64,000 bases of DNA from an uncultured Gammaproteobacteria bacterium (GCA_964511375.1 CAZEEW010000001.1:70512-134511), one strand, 5' to 3'. Shown: positions 1 through 9,872, counted from the first letter of the stretch. Notes: generated by a model from the sequence alone, not told the origin. Numbers and translations: made by a program.

Positions 1-1
1 A

Positions 2-1912
2 CCAGATTTGAAGATAGATTTAAAAGATTCAGAAATTAAAGAATTTGATCGAGAAAAAGTTGTAAAACTTTTTCAAGAATTTGAATTTACTTCTCTTTTA
101 AAACGTCTCCCAGGTTTTGGTTCCGAATCTGCGGAAGAGAAAAAAACCAGTAAGGGAAAGAAAATTAAAAAGACAGCGGCTAATTGTGAAAATATTACAG
201 ATAAAAAAGGCCTTAAAGACTTAGCAGAGCTGATCAAGAAAGAAAATCAATTTGTCGCTAAAGTTATTTTAAACAATCCAGATGTTTTTGCGCTCGACTG
301 CGGTGGAATAGTTTTTTGGGCGGGGGGTAAAGGATTTTTTGTGCCAAAAAACCTAATGGCAGACACCAAGGATATTTTTGAAGATTCCAAAACCGAACTG
401 ATTGGTTATGATTTAAAACAACTGGTTAAAGTAATGTGTCAGTTGGGTATTAAAATTAAAAACCAACTCTTTGATATCCTGATCGCCTCGTATCTGTTAT
501 CTCCGGGTAGCCGTAATAATAGTTTAGAAAGTATTATTTTAAAAGAATTGGGCGAAGAGATTAAAAATGGTAATCAAGGTGGGTTATTTGGTGTTGAGCC
601 TTTAACTGAAGTTGAGACTTTAGAGAAGATTGGTCGCGCGGCGGAGAAGTTGCGACCAGAATTAAAGTCCATTGATGATTATGGTCTGTTTCAAAAAGTA
701 GAAATGCCACTTGTTATTGTTTTAGCTGAGATTGAGCTAAATGGTATTGCTTTAGATTTTGATCTACTAAAAAAATTATCTAAAGAAGTTGCTGAGGAAA
801 TTCTAAAACTTCAAGAGACGATTTATAAACTAGCCGGACAGGAATTTAATGTTTCTTCACCACTACAACTTCGGGAAATCTTGTTTGATAAACTATCCCT
901 ACCAACCGATGGGGTAAAAAAGGGTAAAACTGGTTTGTCTACTTCAGCCGAAGAGTTAGAAAAACTTCGCCCCCTCCACCCAATTATTTCTGAAATTGAA
1001 AACTACCGGGAAACGAGCAAGTTACAGAATACCTACATCGATGTTTTACCTGCCCTGGTTAATCCAAAAACTAATCGCTTGCACACTTCCTTTAACCAAG
1101 CCGTAACTGCCACCGGTCGTCTTTCTAGTTCTGATCCAAATTTGCAAAATATTCCTATCCGTACTGCGGCAGGTAGAAAAATTCGTGCCGCCTTTGTGGC
1201 AGAAAAGGGTAATGTCTTGGTAAGTGCCGACTATTCACAGATTGAACTAAGGATCGCGGCGTCTTTGGCCGAAGATCAGAAGATGTTAGAAATCTTTTCC
1301 AAAGACGAAGACATCCATCGGGCTACCGCAGCGGCCATTAACAATGTTCCTTTAGACAAAGTAACCAAAGACATGCGCCGGGCCGCCAAAGAGGTAAACT
1401 TCGGTGTCTTGTATGGTATGGGTGCCTATGGTTTAAGTTGGCGGGCCGACATCCCCCAGTGGCAAGCCAAGGAGTTCATAGACAAATACTTCTCAGAATT
1501 TAGTGGTGTAAAAAAATATTTAGAAAGAACCCTAGAATTCACACGGAAAGAGGGATACTGCGAGACTCTCTTTGGTCGAAGAAGATATATACCCGAACTT
1601 AATTCCCACAACTTTCAATTGCGTAATGCCGCAGAACGCATGGCAATTAACCACCCCATCCAAGGCACGGCAGCTGACTTAATGAAGATGGCCATGGTTG
1701 CGGTTCAGGAAGAGTTAAAAGAAGATAAAGAAATAAAAATGTTATTGCAGGTTCACGATGAATTGGTCTTTGAAGTTAAAAAAGGTGAGGAAGTTAAGCT
1801 CGCGAAGCGACTAAAAGAAGTTATGGAAAATGTTGCTAAACTTCGAGTACCAATTAAAGTTGAGGTTAAGTTCGGCACCAATTGGGAAGAAATGGAAGGA
1901 ATTAAAATTTAA
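2..1912 (+). CDS. polA: DNA polymerase I. This is the 5'-partial part containing the 3'-5' exonuclease-like and polymerase domains; the gene continues upstream of the window.
   Basis: The ORF is open from the window edge, and the annotated TTG at position 8 is probably not the true start. The N-terminus matches the end of the 5'-nuclease/HhH region (EFEFTSLLKRL). The polymerase motifs are present: motif A (LVSADYSQIELRIAA), NFGVLYGM, and motif C (QVHDELVFEV). Confidence 0.9.
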   Translation, partial: PDLKIDLKDSEIKEFDREKVVKLFQEFEFTSLLKRLPGFGSESAEEKKTSKGKKIKKTAANCENITDKKGLKDLAELIKKENQFVAKVILNNPDVFALDCGGIVFWAGGKGFFVPKNLMADTKDIFEDSKTELIGYDLKQLVKVMCQLGIKIKNQLFDILIASYLLSPGSRNNSLESIILKELGEEIKNGNQGGLFGVEPLTEVETLEKIGRAAEKLRPELKSIDDYGLFQKVEMPLVIVLAEIELNGIALDFDLLKKLSKEVAEEILKLQETIYKLAGQEFNVSSPLQLREILFDKLSLPTDGVKKGKTGLSTSAEELEKLRPLHPIISEIENYRETSKLQNTYIDVLPALVNPKTNRLHTSFNQAVTATGRLSSSDPNLQNIPIRTAAGRKIRAAFVAEKGNVLVSADYSQIELRIAASLAEDQKMLEIFSKDEDIHRATAAAINNVPLDKVTKDMRRAAKEVNFGVLYGMGAYGLSWRADIPQWQAKEFIDKYFSEFSGVKKYLERTLEFTRKEGYCETLFGRRRYIPELNSHNFQLRNAAERMAINHPIQGTAADLMKMAMVAVQEELKEDKEIKMLLQVHDELVFEVKKGEEVKLAKRLKEVMENVAKLRVPIKVEVKFGTNWEEMEGIKI

Positions 1913-1920
1913 ATTTTTAT

Positions 1921-2661
1921 ATGAAAAAAATATTTGCATTAACTTTGTTAATGTTATTAATCTCCGGCTGTTCCTGGAATTACGGAAACGAAAATGGCAG
2001 CATTAAGAAAAGCAATTGGCAGCTAAAGAAAGAAGCATTAGAGTACCGGGATGTGGGTACCCGGACCGATACCGCGCTATACTATCCAGTAATGACTAAT
2101 TACGAAAAGGCTGAAACAAGCTTTAATAACGATGTAAAGAATTTAGTAGTGCAAGAACGTGATGCATTTTTGGTTGAGTTGGACGGAATAGAATTGCCAC
2201 GCGTAACTGATCCGGGTAGTTATTTTAGAGCGGATTACGAAATATTGAATAGCCAAGATTTCTTAAGTATTAAATTCGTTTTTGATACCTATGTCTCTGG
2301 TGCCGCCCACCCTAATAGTTTTACTAAAGCCTATAATTTTGATTTAATTACTGGACGACCTATAAGTTGGACAGAAATATTTAAACCCGGTTCAAATTAC
2401 TTACAAGTAGTTAGCGACAAGTCTGGCCAAAAACTTCTGGCAAAAAACAACGAAGAAGAATTCACAGACATTGTTTCAATACGAGAAGGAACAAAACCAA
2501 ACCCAGAGAATTTTAAAACTGTAAACATTGCAGATAAACGGTTGATCATAACCTTCGATGCCTACCAAGTGGCTTCATATGCAGCGGGACCACAGGTAAT
2601 TGAAATACCTTTTTCTGATTTGTATGAAATTTTGAAGGATGAATATGCGACTAAAATATAG
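1921..2661 (+). CDS. Lipoprotein with DUF3298/DUF4163-like (RsiV-type) domains.
   Basis: It has a signal peptide with a lipobox (LLISGCSW). The body is similar to DUF4163/DUF3298 proteins, for example YEILNSQDFLSIKFVFDTYVSGAAHPNS. Confidence 0.55.
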   Translation: MKKIFALTLLMLLISGCSWNYGNENGSIKKSNWQLKKEALEYRDVGTRTDTALYYPVMTNYEKAETSFNNDVKNLVVQERDAFLVELDGIELPRVTDPGSYFRADYEILNSQDFLSIKFVFDTYVSGAAHPNSFTKAYNFDLITGRPISWTEIFKPGSNYLQVVSDKSGQKLLAKNNEEEFTDIVSIREGTKPNPENFKTVNIADKRLIITFDAYQVASYAAGPQVIEIPFSDLYEILKDEYATKI

Positions 2662-2691
2662 TCGTAAACAAAAAATTTGTTGTGACTGATT

Positions 2692-3660
2692 ATGATAATT
2701 TTTATCAACGGCGAAGACACCTTTAGAAGTCGGCAGTATCTGCAGGAACAGGTATATAAATTTAAACAGGCACGTGACCCGGCAGGGTACAACGTTGTTT
2801 TTGTTGATGCTCTAAAAAGTGAGCCGGGGAAAATTTTAGGCGAAATTTTGTCAGCCCCTTTTCTGGCGGAAAAGAGACTTGTTGTTGTGGAAAACCTGTT
2901 GTCTCTTAGCGACAAAGATTTCCTCGCTGCGATCATTGAGCGAGTTGAAAAAAATGATTTTCCAGAAAGCAATGTCATTATTTTTTGGCAAGGTCAAAGT
3001 AAAAGCAAGGTAAAGGAAGCCGAAATCTTGGAAAAAACTTTAGCTAAAATAAAATATAGTAAAGAATTTGTTCCACTTACCGGTCAACAATTAATAACGT
3101 GGATAAAAAGCGAACTCGCTAGCCGAGGTGGAAGCATGAGCTCACCTGCCTTGTCTTACATAACAGCAAATTTCAGTGGAGACATGTGGACATTGAATTC
3201 TTTAATTGACCAACTGATCGCTTACAAATCTGGTAAAGAAATTGAAACAAAAGACGTCAGTGAGTTTTTAGATGAAAAAGTTGATGACAATGTATTCAAC
3301 ATGGTTAATGCCATAGTGACCGGCAACAAGAAATTAGCCCTTAAGCTTCTGCAAGAACAGCGCCGTTTGGGCGAGGATGATTTTAAGTTGTTTGGACTTC
3401 TAATTTGGCAGTTTCGGGCGTTATTATCTTTACGGGATCTTTACGAAACTGATGACAGAATAACGAGCGACAATGCCGCAAAAAAAACCGGACTCAACCT
3501 CTTTGTTGTGAAGAAAAATTGGCCACTTATTAAAAATTTTAGTAGCCAAAAATTAAAAGAATTATATGACGGCTTAATCCAGATGGACTTAAAAGCAAAA
3601 ACAGGTCAAGCTGACCTGTCTCTAGCGTTGGACTTATTTGTCGGAACATTAAAAGATTAA
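2692..3660 (+). CDS. holA: DNA polymerase III delta subunit-like protein.
   Basis: Its length is about 320 aa and its N-terminal architecture is typical of HolA. It sits downstream of polA. Similarity is weak and the call rests on pattern recognition. Confidence 0.55.
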   Translation: MIIFINGEDTFRSRQYLQEQVYKFKQARDPAGYNVVFVDALKSEPGKILGEILSAPFLAEKRLVVVENLLSLSDKDFLAAIIERVEKNDFPESNVIIFWQGQSKSKVKEAEILEKTLAKIKYSKEFVPLTGQQLITWIKSELASRGGSMSSPALSYITANFSGDMWTLNSLIDQLIAYKSGKEIETKDVSEFLDEKVDDNVFNMVNAIVTGNKKLALKLLQEQRRLGEDDFKLFGLLIWQFRALLSLRDLYETDDRITSDNAAKKTGLNLFVVKKNWPLIKNFSSQKLKELYDGLIQMDLKAKTGQADLSLALDLFVGTLKD

Positions 3661-4751
3661 CGGGATGTACTTTGGAAAATAAGTTTTGCTAACTCATCAA
3701 TTTTCTCGCTAATTTCTGATGGAACTGTACCGTTGTTACTTCTGGCTACATCGTCTAGCGTCCTCGCTAAAGCGCTGTTGACTATACTTTTGGCAACGTC
3801 TAAACTCTCAGCTACACTAGGCTCTTCTTTTTTAATGCCCACTAGTTTACCTGGATCTTCACTTGCGAACCGACCGTCTCTGCCTAACTTGAAAAAAAGG
3901 CCGCTGTCTTCGTTGACAAGCAGAGTTAAACCGCCTCGTCCTTGGTGTTTTGTTGTATATAAAGCTTGGTCAGCCTCTGTTTTCGTCGCTTGGAGAGTGG
4001 GCCTCCCAGCACCCTCGGGCTCAATTAGTTTTATTCCAGCACTTAAACTAATAGTAGCCTCAATTTTACCATACTGCTCTTCATTATAGCTGCTGCGTTC
4101 CACAACCTCTCTCTTGCCAGTGGTTTTATTCTTTGTGACAACATAAGAACAAGCAGCCTCTAAAATTCTTTGTGCTACAACAATAGCCTCTTCTTTGGGC
4201 AAATCATTTAACATGATCATAAATTCATCGCCGCCGAATTTACCCGCCACATCAGTTGCTCGAATAGATTGCCCTATTTTTTTACCGATGGCTGTCAGGA
4301 CATCGTCGGTTGTTGGGTGTCCAAAACGATCATTTAACTCCTTGGTTTTATCTATGTCTAAAAAAATTAAAGCTGAAACTCTATTTTTTTCGTCCCCGTT
4401 TCGTTCCTCGAGTCTTCTTATACTAGCTTCATACTTAAGGGCAAAAGCATCACGTTGAAGTAAGCCAGTGGTGGAGTCGGTGTCGGCTTTTTCTTGTAAG
4501 CGGCGATTAATTTCGGCGTTATCTCCAACCATCTCCATGACTAAGGCAAATCTCGCCTGTATTTCTGGTGATAAAGTGTGTAGAGGTTGTCCCATAGCTT
4601 CTCTTTGCAAGAAACGCGGCAAAACACGATCTAGCAGGTCTTCTACAAATGGACGATAAGCCTCTCTCTCGTTTTTTTCCCAACGAGGTAAAATATTGTC
4701 CAAAGCCTCTTTTCGGTATGCATTGATTGGATCTAGGTGTTCTGTACCCAT
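3657..4751 (-). CDS. GGDEF-domain diguanylate cyclase with N- and C-terminal extensions.
   Basis: The active-site motif GGDEF (KFGGDEFMIMLNDL) is present, preceded by RFGHPTTDDVL, which is typical of the GGDEF fold. Confidence 0.75.
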   Translation of the reverse strand: MGTEHLDPINAYRKEALDNILPRWEKNEREAYRPFVEDLLDRVLPRFLQREAMGQPLHTLSPEIQARFALVMEMVGDNAEINRRLQEKADTDSTTGLLQRDAFALKYEASIRRLEERNGDEKNRVSALIFLDIDKTKELNDRFGHPTTDDVLTAIGKKIGQSIRATDVAGKFGGDEFMIMLNDLPKEEAIVVAQRILEAACSYVVTKNKTTGKREVVERSSYNEEQYGKIEATISLSAGIKLIEPEGAGRPTLQATKTEADQALYTTKHQGRGGLTLLVNEDSGLFFKLGRDGRFASEDPGKLVGIKKEEPSVAESLDVAKSIVNSALARTLDDVARSNNGTVPSEISEKIDELAKLIFQSTSR

Positions 4752-4765
4752 AATTATAAAAAATT

Positions 4766-4793
4766 AAAAACCTCGGGTAATTCCCGAGGTTTA
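4766..4793 (-). terminator. Rho-independent terminator downstream of rpsT.
   Basis: The hairpin is AAACCTCGGG-taatt-CCCGAGGTTT, followed by a T-tract on the minus strand. Confidence 0.6.
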
Positions 4794-4807
4794 TTATACT
4801 TTTTAAC

Positions 4808-5068
4808 TTACTTTTTCGCAAGGCTGTTTACAGACTTCATAAGGCGAGACAACTTGCGAGCAGCGGTGTTTTTCTTAATAACACCACGCTTTGCCGCCTT
4901 GTCTAAAGCTTTTTGGGCAGTCTGAGCAAGCTTTTTAGCATCTTCTAAACTGGTGGCCTTTTTAGTGCTTTTTATAGCATCTTTAAAAGCGTCTTTTCGA
5001 ACTTTATTCCAAGCAGTACGTTTTATCGCTTGACGTAGAGCCTTTTTAGCATTTGCTTTATTTGGCAT
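4808..5068 (-). CDS. rpsT: 30S ribosomal protein S20.
   Basis: The N-terminus is MPNKANAKKALRQAIKRTAWNKVRK. The protein is 86 aa and basic. Confidence 0.9.
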   Translation of the reverse strand: MPNKANAKKALRQAIKRTAWNKVRKDAFKDAIKSTKKATSLEDAKKLAQTAQKALDKAAKRGVIKKNTAARKLSRLMKSVNSLAKK

Positions 5069-5168
5069 AGTATATTATTTTTTGTAAATTGAGAGCAATT
5101 TTTGGACTAAGTGAGTCAAGTATACTTTAAATCTCAACAAAAGTCAATAGAATAGGCTCTTTTGGTTG

Positions 5169-7271
5169 TTAGTTTGGATTATAGACTCGGGCGCCATTGT
5201 AAGCGTTAAGATATATCGCTGACATGGCGCTGACACCCTTCTTTACTTTAATGACTGCACCGTTGTATTTGCTGGCTATTAAGGGTCCAGAATAATTGGA
5301 GTAAGCAGTCCAGTCATATGTGGTGTGGTCACTGTACATCACTCTGACCTTGCCATTATTTAGTGCTGTCACACTTAAAAAGTATCTGTTAGCCAAGCTT
5401 TTATTTTTTGGATTAAGGCTCTTAAGAACCGGGTGTAGGCCGTTTTCAGCACGTGAGTTAACCTCATCAATGATGTTATCTCCATCGTTATCTATTGTGT
5501 CGCCACTTACCTCCAATCCAACCGAGGACAAGAAGTCATCAAAGTCAAAGTTATTAGTGGTGTAGTTAGTAGTATTTGGGTTCACACAAGCATTAATAAA
5601 GACGGTTTTACTCCCCAAACCATCTCGGTCATTGTCTTGGTAAAAATTTTGTGGGCCCAGTACCAAAACATTGTTGTCATCACAGTCATTAGCGGTTGTA
5701 ACACCGTCGTTATCATAGTCGTGGTCATTAAGGTCCAGACTATTTGTAACAAGACCTGGTTGGGCAGTACACATTAGAATCGGGGCACCAAATCCGAACC
5801 CGTCGCCATCAGCATCGTTATAGAAGCTTTGTTTGCCCAGGACCGCGCTATTGCGATCATCACAGTCATCAGTTAGGCTGATGCCGTCATTATCAAAGTC
5901 ATTATCATTGTGGTCAGAGTTGTTACTAACGTAGTTGTTGGGCGAGGAACAAGTTAGTACGCCGGTGCCATAACCAAGCCCGTCACCATCGTTGTCCTGG
6001 TAATATGTTTGTTTACCACGGATGTTAGTGTTGTGGTCATCACAATCGTTTGCAGTTGTTATACCGTCATTGTCAAAATCTTGGTCGTTTAAATCAGAGT
6101 TATTAGTCACATAGTTTGCCTGGGCAGAACACATTTGTGAAGCAGCTCCGGCGCCCAAACCATCACCGTCCCCATCGTAATAGAAATTTTGTGGACCTAA
6201 AATACTGGCATTGCGGTCGTCGCAATCAAGGCTAGCAATTAAATGGTCATTGTCGTAGTCGTTGTCGGCCTCTGGCCACGCGCTGTCTAAATAGTTGGAA
6301 ACGTATCCGGGTGGAGGAGTAAGAGAGGCAGAGGTAGTGGTTAAAAGAGAACCACGACCGTCTCCGTCATTATCTCGAAAATAGGTTTGTGTAAAACCGG
6401 TGTGCCAAGTTACGGTTGGTGTGTTGTCATGAGCAACGTAAGCATTTTTTCGGTTGTTGACAGTATCGGTGATTAGGGTAAAGCCTTCTCTAGCTGAACC
6501 CGGAACATTAGAATAGGTGTTAAGTAGAGTTCCGTCTGGTTTTACCTCTGCTAATAAGTTAACACTATCATCAAACAGAATAAAAAGCGTTCCAGTATCA
6601 CGATTAAAATATAAATCAGACACATCCTTCTTGGGTAGGCTTGGGTCCATCCTCATAGTACCAAGGTGGGTAACTTGTCCGGAAGTGGTTAGATTAACAT
6701 CAAAAATGTCAATCAAGTTATCGTTGGTGGTAATTCCGTCGGTTAAGTTATATTCTCTTTGAATGCCGGTGTAAAACACACCGCCAGAAGCTGAATTTGC
6801 ATACGGGTGGAAGCCGTTTGGCACAAAAGCCAGTCCTTCTAAACCAGAATTACCAAGTCCAGAGAGCCAGGTTCCAAGGCTCCAGTTTTTAGTAATACGA
6901 GGTGAACTGGAGGGAGAAGTCCAATCAAATTCTAAAATCGCTGGAGTGTTTTCAACCCCAATATAAATATAATTGCTAGCCGGATCAACAATAGTTAAGG
7001 CCTCATAGTCTCCAGTAATCTTCCACTCCACCTTATTATCCCCATTCTTGTCCATCATGGTAACGCGGTTTTTACCGTCGCTAGTTGGGTCGCTAACGGA
7101 AAACAACCTATTGGTATGCGCATTCCAAGCTAAACCACTTGGTTCATAAGGTGCGTTTAGAGAAATAGTGTTATTACCACTAGCTGGCCAGGAAAGACTG
7201 GCACTAAAAACAAAGGACGGAAACAGCAAAACGGCTAAAGTTAAGCTAAACCAAGCAGTGATTTTTTGCAT
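5169..7271 (-). CDS. Secreted protein with an N-terminal beta-propeller-like domain (phytase/SdiA-regulated-like) and four to five C-terminal tandem Asp/Cys-rich repeats that look calcium- or metal-binding (MopE-like).
   Basis: It has a signal peptide (MQKITAWFSLTLAVLLFPSFVFSA). A unit of about 48 aa, of the form YYQDNDGDGLG...C...NYV.NNSD.ND.DFDNDG...DCDD.N, is repeated. Confidence 0.65.
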   Translation of the reverse strand: MQKITAWFSLTLAVLLFPSFVFSASLSWPASGNNTISLNAPYEPSGLAWNAHTNRLFSVSDPTSDGKNRVTMMDKNGDNKVEWKITGDYEALTIVDPASNYIYIGVENTPAILEFDWTSPSSSPRITKNWSLGTWLSGLGNSGLEGLAFVPNGFHPYANSASGGVFYTGIQREYNLTDGITTNDNLIDIFDVNLTTSGQVTHLGTMRMDPSLPKKDVSDLYFNRDTGTLFILFDDSVNLLAEVKPDGTLLNTYSNVPGSAREGFTLITDTVNNRKNAYVAHDNTPTVTWHTGFTQTYFRDNDGDGRGSLLTTTSASLTPPPGYVSNYLDSAWPEADNDYDNDHLIASLDCDDRNASILGPQNFYYDGDGDGLGAGAASQMCSAQANYVTNNSDLNDQDFDNDGITTANDCDDHNTNIRGKQTYYQDNDGDGLGYGTGVLTCSSPNNYVSNNSDHNDNDFDNDGISLTDDCDDRNSAVLGKQSFYNDADGDGFGFGAPILMCTAQPGLVTNSLDLNDHDYDNDGVTTANDCDDNNVLVLGPQNFYQDNDRDGLGSKTVFINACVNPNTTNYTTNNFDFDDFLSSVGLEVSGDTIDNDGDNIIDEVNSRAENGLHPVLKSLNPKNKSLANRYFLSVTALNNGKVRVMYSDHTTYDWTAYSNYSGPLIASKYNGAVIKVKKGVSAMSAIYLNAYNGARVYNPN

Positions 7272-7295
7272 AAAAAATAGTTAATAAAACGAAAT

Positions 7296-7324
7296 ACTAT
7301 ACCACAAATATACGGTTTTGTCAA
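7296..7324 (-). promoter_or_regulatory. Sigma70-like promoter for the secreted repeat-protein gene.
   Basis: On the minus strand the elements are TTGACA, a 17-nt spacer and TATAGT, with an extended TGTGGTATAGT. Confidence 0.45.
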
Positions 7325-7346
7325 GCATTTCGTTACAGTAAAAAGT

Positions 7347-8429
7347 CTACACCTCTTCCATTTGTGGTTTTTCTAAAGAGAGTGGTTCAATATTTTTTTC
7401 GCCATCCGTAATGCGCATGACGTCCTTGTCTATCTTATTGAATTCTTTGTAAGCAGAGTTATAAGTATTTACTGCTGTACCGAGATTGTTTCCGAGTTTT
7501 TTTAAATACTCGTCATAGGCCAGAAGGTGTTTCCCCAGCTCCTCGACCCGTTTCCGAATTTCTTTCGCCGACTCCTCTATCTGTAAGGCGCGTAAACCCT
7601 GCAAAACAGTTTGCAAATAGGCCAAGAAAGAAGTCGGAGAAACAATAATGACATGTTTTTCTCGGAACGCGTATTCAATTAAATCATGGGTGTTGATTTT
7701 TAAAGTTCCAACTTTATTGATTAATAAGTCGTAGTAAATTCCTTCGGCCGGAATAAACATGAAAGCAAAATCCATTGTTCTTTCCTTTGGTTTAATATAT
7801 TTGCTGGTTTCATCGATGCGGTTCTTCAAATCCTGGACAAAACTTTTTTCCAAATCTTTCTTCCGATCCGGATCTTTTTCTTCGTTTAGGCGATTATAAT
7901 TCTCTAGACTAAATTTGGAGTCGATTGGTATGACTTTGTCTTTTACAAAAACTGCGGCATCAACAATGTCTCCGTCAGTAAATTTATATTGCATGGAATA
8001 ACTTCCGGGCGGCAAAACATTTTTTAAAACATTTTCTAAATAGTATTCCCCTAAGATGCCACGATGCTTTGGGTTTTGTAAAATGTTTTCTAGATTTTCT
8101 AACTGTTCAGCAAAACCAATCACTTGTTTGTTGGTTTCGTCTAATTTAGTCAGTTTTTCGGTGACGTCGGTAATAATTTTAGTGCTATTTTGGAATTGAG
8201 ACTGGATTGTCCGGTTTAAATTAGTTTGCGTATCATTTACAACGCGATGCGTTTCAGAAATTTTTTGGTCAATTTGTCGGTTTAGCTCCTGGATCTGGTT
8301 CTGTAACATCACAAACAGGTTGTTGTCAGATTCGGATTGGGGTTTTTTAAGAGAGAGTAGTAAGAAGACAATTGCGGCGAGTCCAACGCCCAAAAGAATG
8401 ATGAGCGCAATTAGTAGTGTCTCTTGCAT
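7347..8429 (-). CDS. rmuC: DNA recombination protein RmuC.
   Basis: It has an N-terminal transmembrane segment, a long coiled-coil and the RmuC C-terminal nuclease-like region (FMFIPAEGIYYDLL, VIIVSPTSFLAYLQTV). Confidence 0.8.
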   Translation of the reverse strand: MQETLLIALIILLGVGLAAIVFLLLSLKKPQSESDNNLFVMLQNQIQELNRQIDQKISETHRVVNDTQTNLNRTIQSQFQNSTKIITDVTEKLTKLDETNKQVIGFAEQLENLENILQNPKHRGILGEYYLENVLKNVLPPGSYSMQYKFTDGDIVDAAVFVKDKVIPIDSKFSLENYNRLNEEKDPDRKKDLEKSFVQDLKNRIDETSKYIKPKERTMDFAFMFIPAEGIYYDLLINKVGTLKINTHDLIEYAFREKHVIIVSPTSFLAYLQTVLQGLRALQIEESAKEIRKRVEELGKHLLAYDEYLKKLGNNLGTAVNTYNSAYKEFNKIDKDVMRITDGEKNIEPLSLEKPQMEEV

Positions 8430-8487
8430 AAAGAGTAAAAAAATTGATAATATAACCTGGCTTTAGTTTAGCATTATTTTACTATAT

Positions 8488-9846
8488 TTGAAAGTTGCTA
8501 TGGCGGATAAATTTAAACCTGTTCCGGAGGAAATGGCCGGCATGGAACAGGAATTAACTGAACAAGAATTTCAAAAATTAGAGAGACGTCACCAGAGAGT
8601 AGCGCTCACTGCTCTGTTTGAGCGACTAGCTCTGTCTTCGCGCCACTCTGAACTAACAGGCAATTTAAAGGCTGATTTCAATGTTTTGCTCGGGTCGATG
8701 TCAAAAATTTATGGAGAAAAGATCGGTGTCCTCCGACATAAAATCTTTGCAGACAGGGAATTTTTGACGAGGATGTATCATGTATATTTGGCTCTATTAA
8801 AAGAAAAAGAGTCAATTGACAAGGTCGCCTCTGATGTTTTCCACGATCATTTTAGGGAAATTCGTCATCCACCTACGCCACATGAATGGGGTAAAAAGGT
8901 CTTCGATTTATGTACTGGCAGTGAAAACAAAGGTGGGGCCACCTTAGAATTTAAGGAGGGTTTTGCTGTGTTTGCTTTATCTGATCGTGAAGACTACGAA
9001 TATTTTTTAGAAAGCATGCGCACAAGTACAGACATAGTTGAAAGAAGTTACGGCGTTTTTATTTCTAACTTTACAATTCCCGGTTATAATGAAATGAATC
9101 TTATTGTCGTAAATGGCGGCGTTTCTAGCCTTCTAAACGACACTTCTTCATTGGTATCACATGAAAAGCAGCATTTTATTAATAGGCGGCTAGTGAGCGA
9201 TGCAAACCGCCCGATGTTTGATCGGGTTGAATCGGACTATCTTAAGGCCCGCGGCGTGTCTGGTGAGACGCTTCGCAAAAGACTGTCTGAATCGGCTCTG
9301 ATGCAGCACATTAAGAATGAGGTGTTGGCTTTTTTGCGCGATGGAACTGGTGGTAGAGAGGAGGTTCGCTGGAACGAGGAGTCTGTGCCGGTGGGGATTT
9401 ACAATTATCTTCAGGGCTCTTGCTACGCACCCTTATTCGGAATGCTACCAAAAGCGCTACGTGTTAAAACAGACGAAGCTTTGCGGGAAATTGCCGTTGA
9501 AATGAATCTGCTAAAAGGATTTACTACACTGCCTGAACGCGCAGTTTTAGCAAATCATTTAATTTCCGTGCCGCTAGTTGACATGGCCGAAGAGATTAGT
9601 AGGTTTGCTAAGTTCTATACCAAGCGACTGCGAAGGTGCAATGTTATAAGGAGTTCCGTTAGAGAATACGGTCCAAAATTTAAGGACCCTGACCTTGAAA
9701 AAGAAGCCTTTAAGACCGCTAGAGCATTTGAAAGTCACATCGTTGACCCAAGAAACGTTGAGGACATTAGAGATCAGGTTGAAGGTGTGTTTAAGAAGTA
9801 CGGTGTTGCCTTCAAAGTAAGGCAACCCCTTGATTTTTCCACGTAA
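8488..9846 (+). CDS. Hypothetical protein of 452 aa.
   Basis: It is a long ORF with host-like composition. I recognised no domain. Confidence 0.5.
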   Translation: MKVAMADKFKPVPEEMAGMEQELTEQEFQKLERRHQRVALTALFERLALSSRHSELTGNLKADFNVLLGSMSKIYGEKIGVLRHKIFADREFLTRMYHVYLALLKEKESIDKVASDVFHDHFREIRHPPTPHEWGKKVFDLCTGSENKGGATLEFKEGFAVFALSDREDYEYFLESMRTSTDIVERSYGVFISNFTIPGYNEMNLIVVNGGVSSLLNDTSSLVSHEKQHFINRRLVSDANRPMFDRVESDYLKARGVSGETLRKRLSESALMQHIKNEVLAFLRDGTGGREEVRWNEESVPVGIYNYLQGSCYAPLFGMLPKALRVKTDEALREIAVEMNLLKGFTTLPERAVLANHLISVPLVDMAEEISRFAKFYTKRLRRCNVIRSSVREYGPKFKDPDLEKEAFKTARAFESHIVDPRNVEDIRDQVEGVFKKYGVAFKVRQPLDFST

Positions 9847-9872
9847 ATATAATAAAATTTGTTGGTTCAGTC

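Noticed and set aside
3733-4925. Small ORFs antisense to the GGDEF gene and in the rpsT region.
   Set aside because: They are overlapping shadow ORFs with no independent signals.
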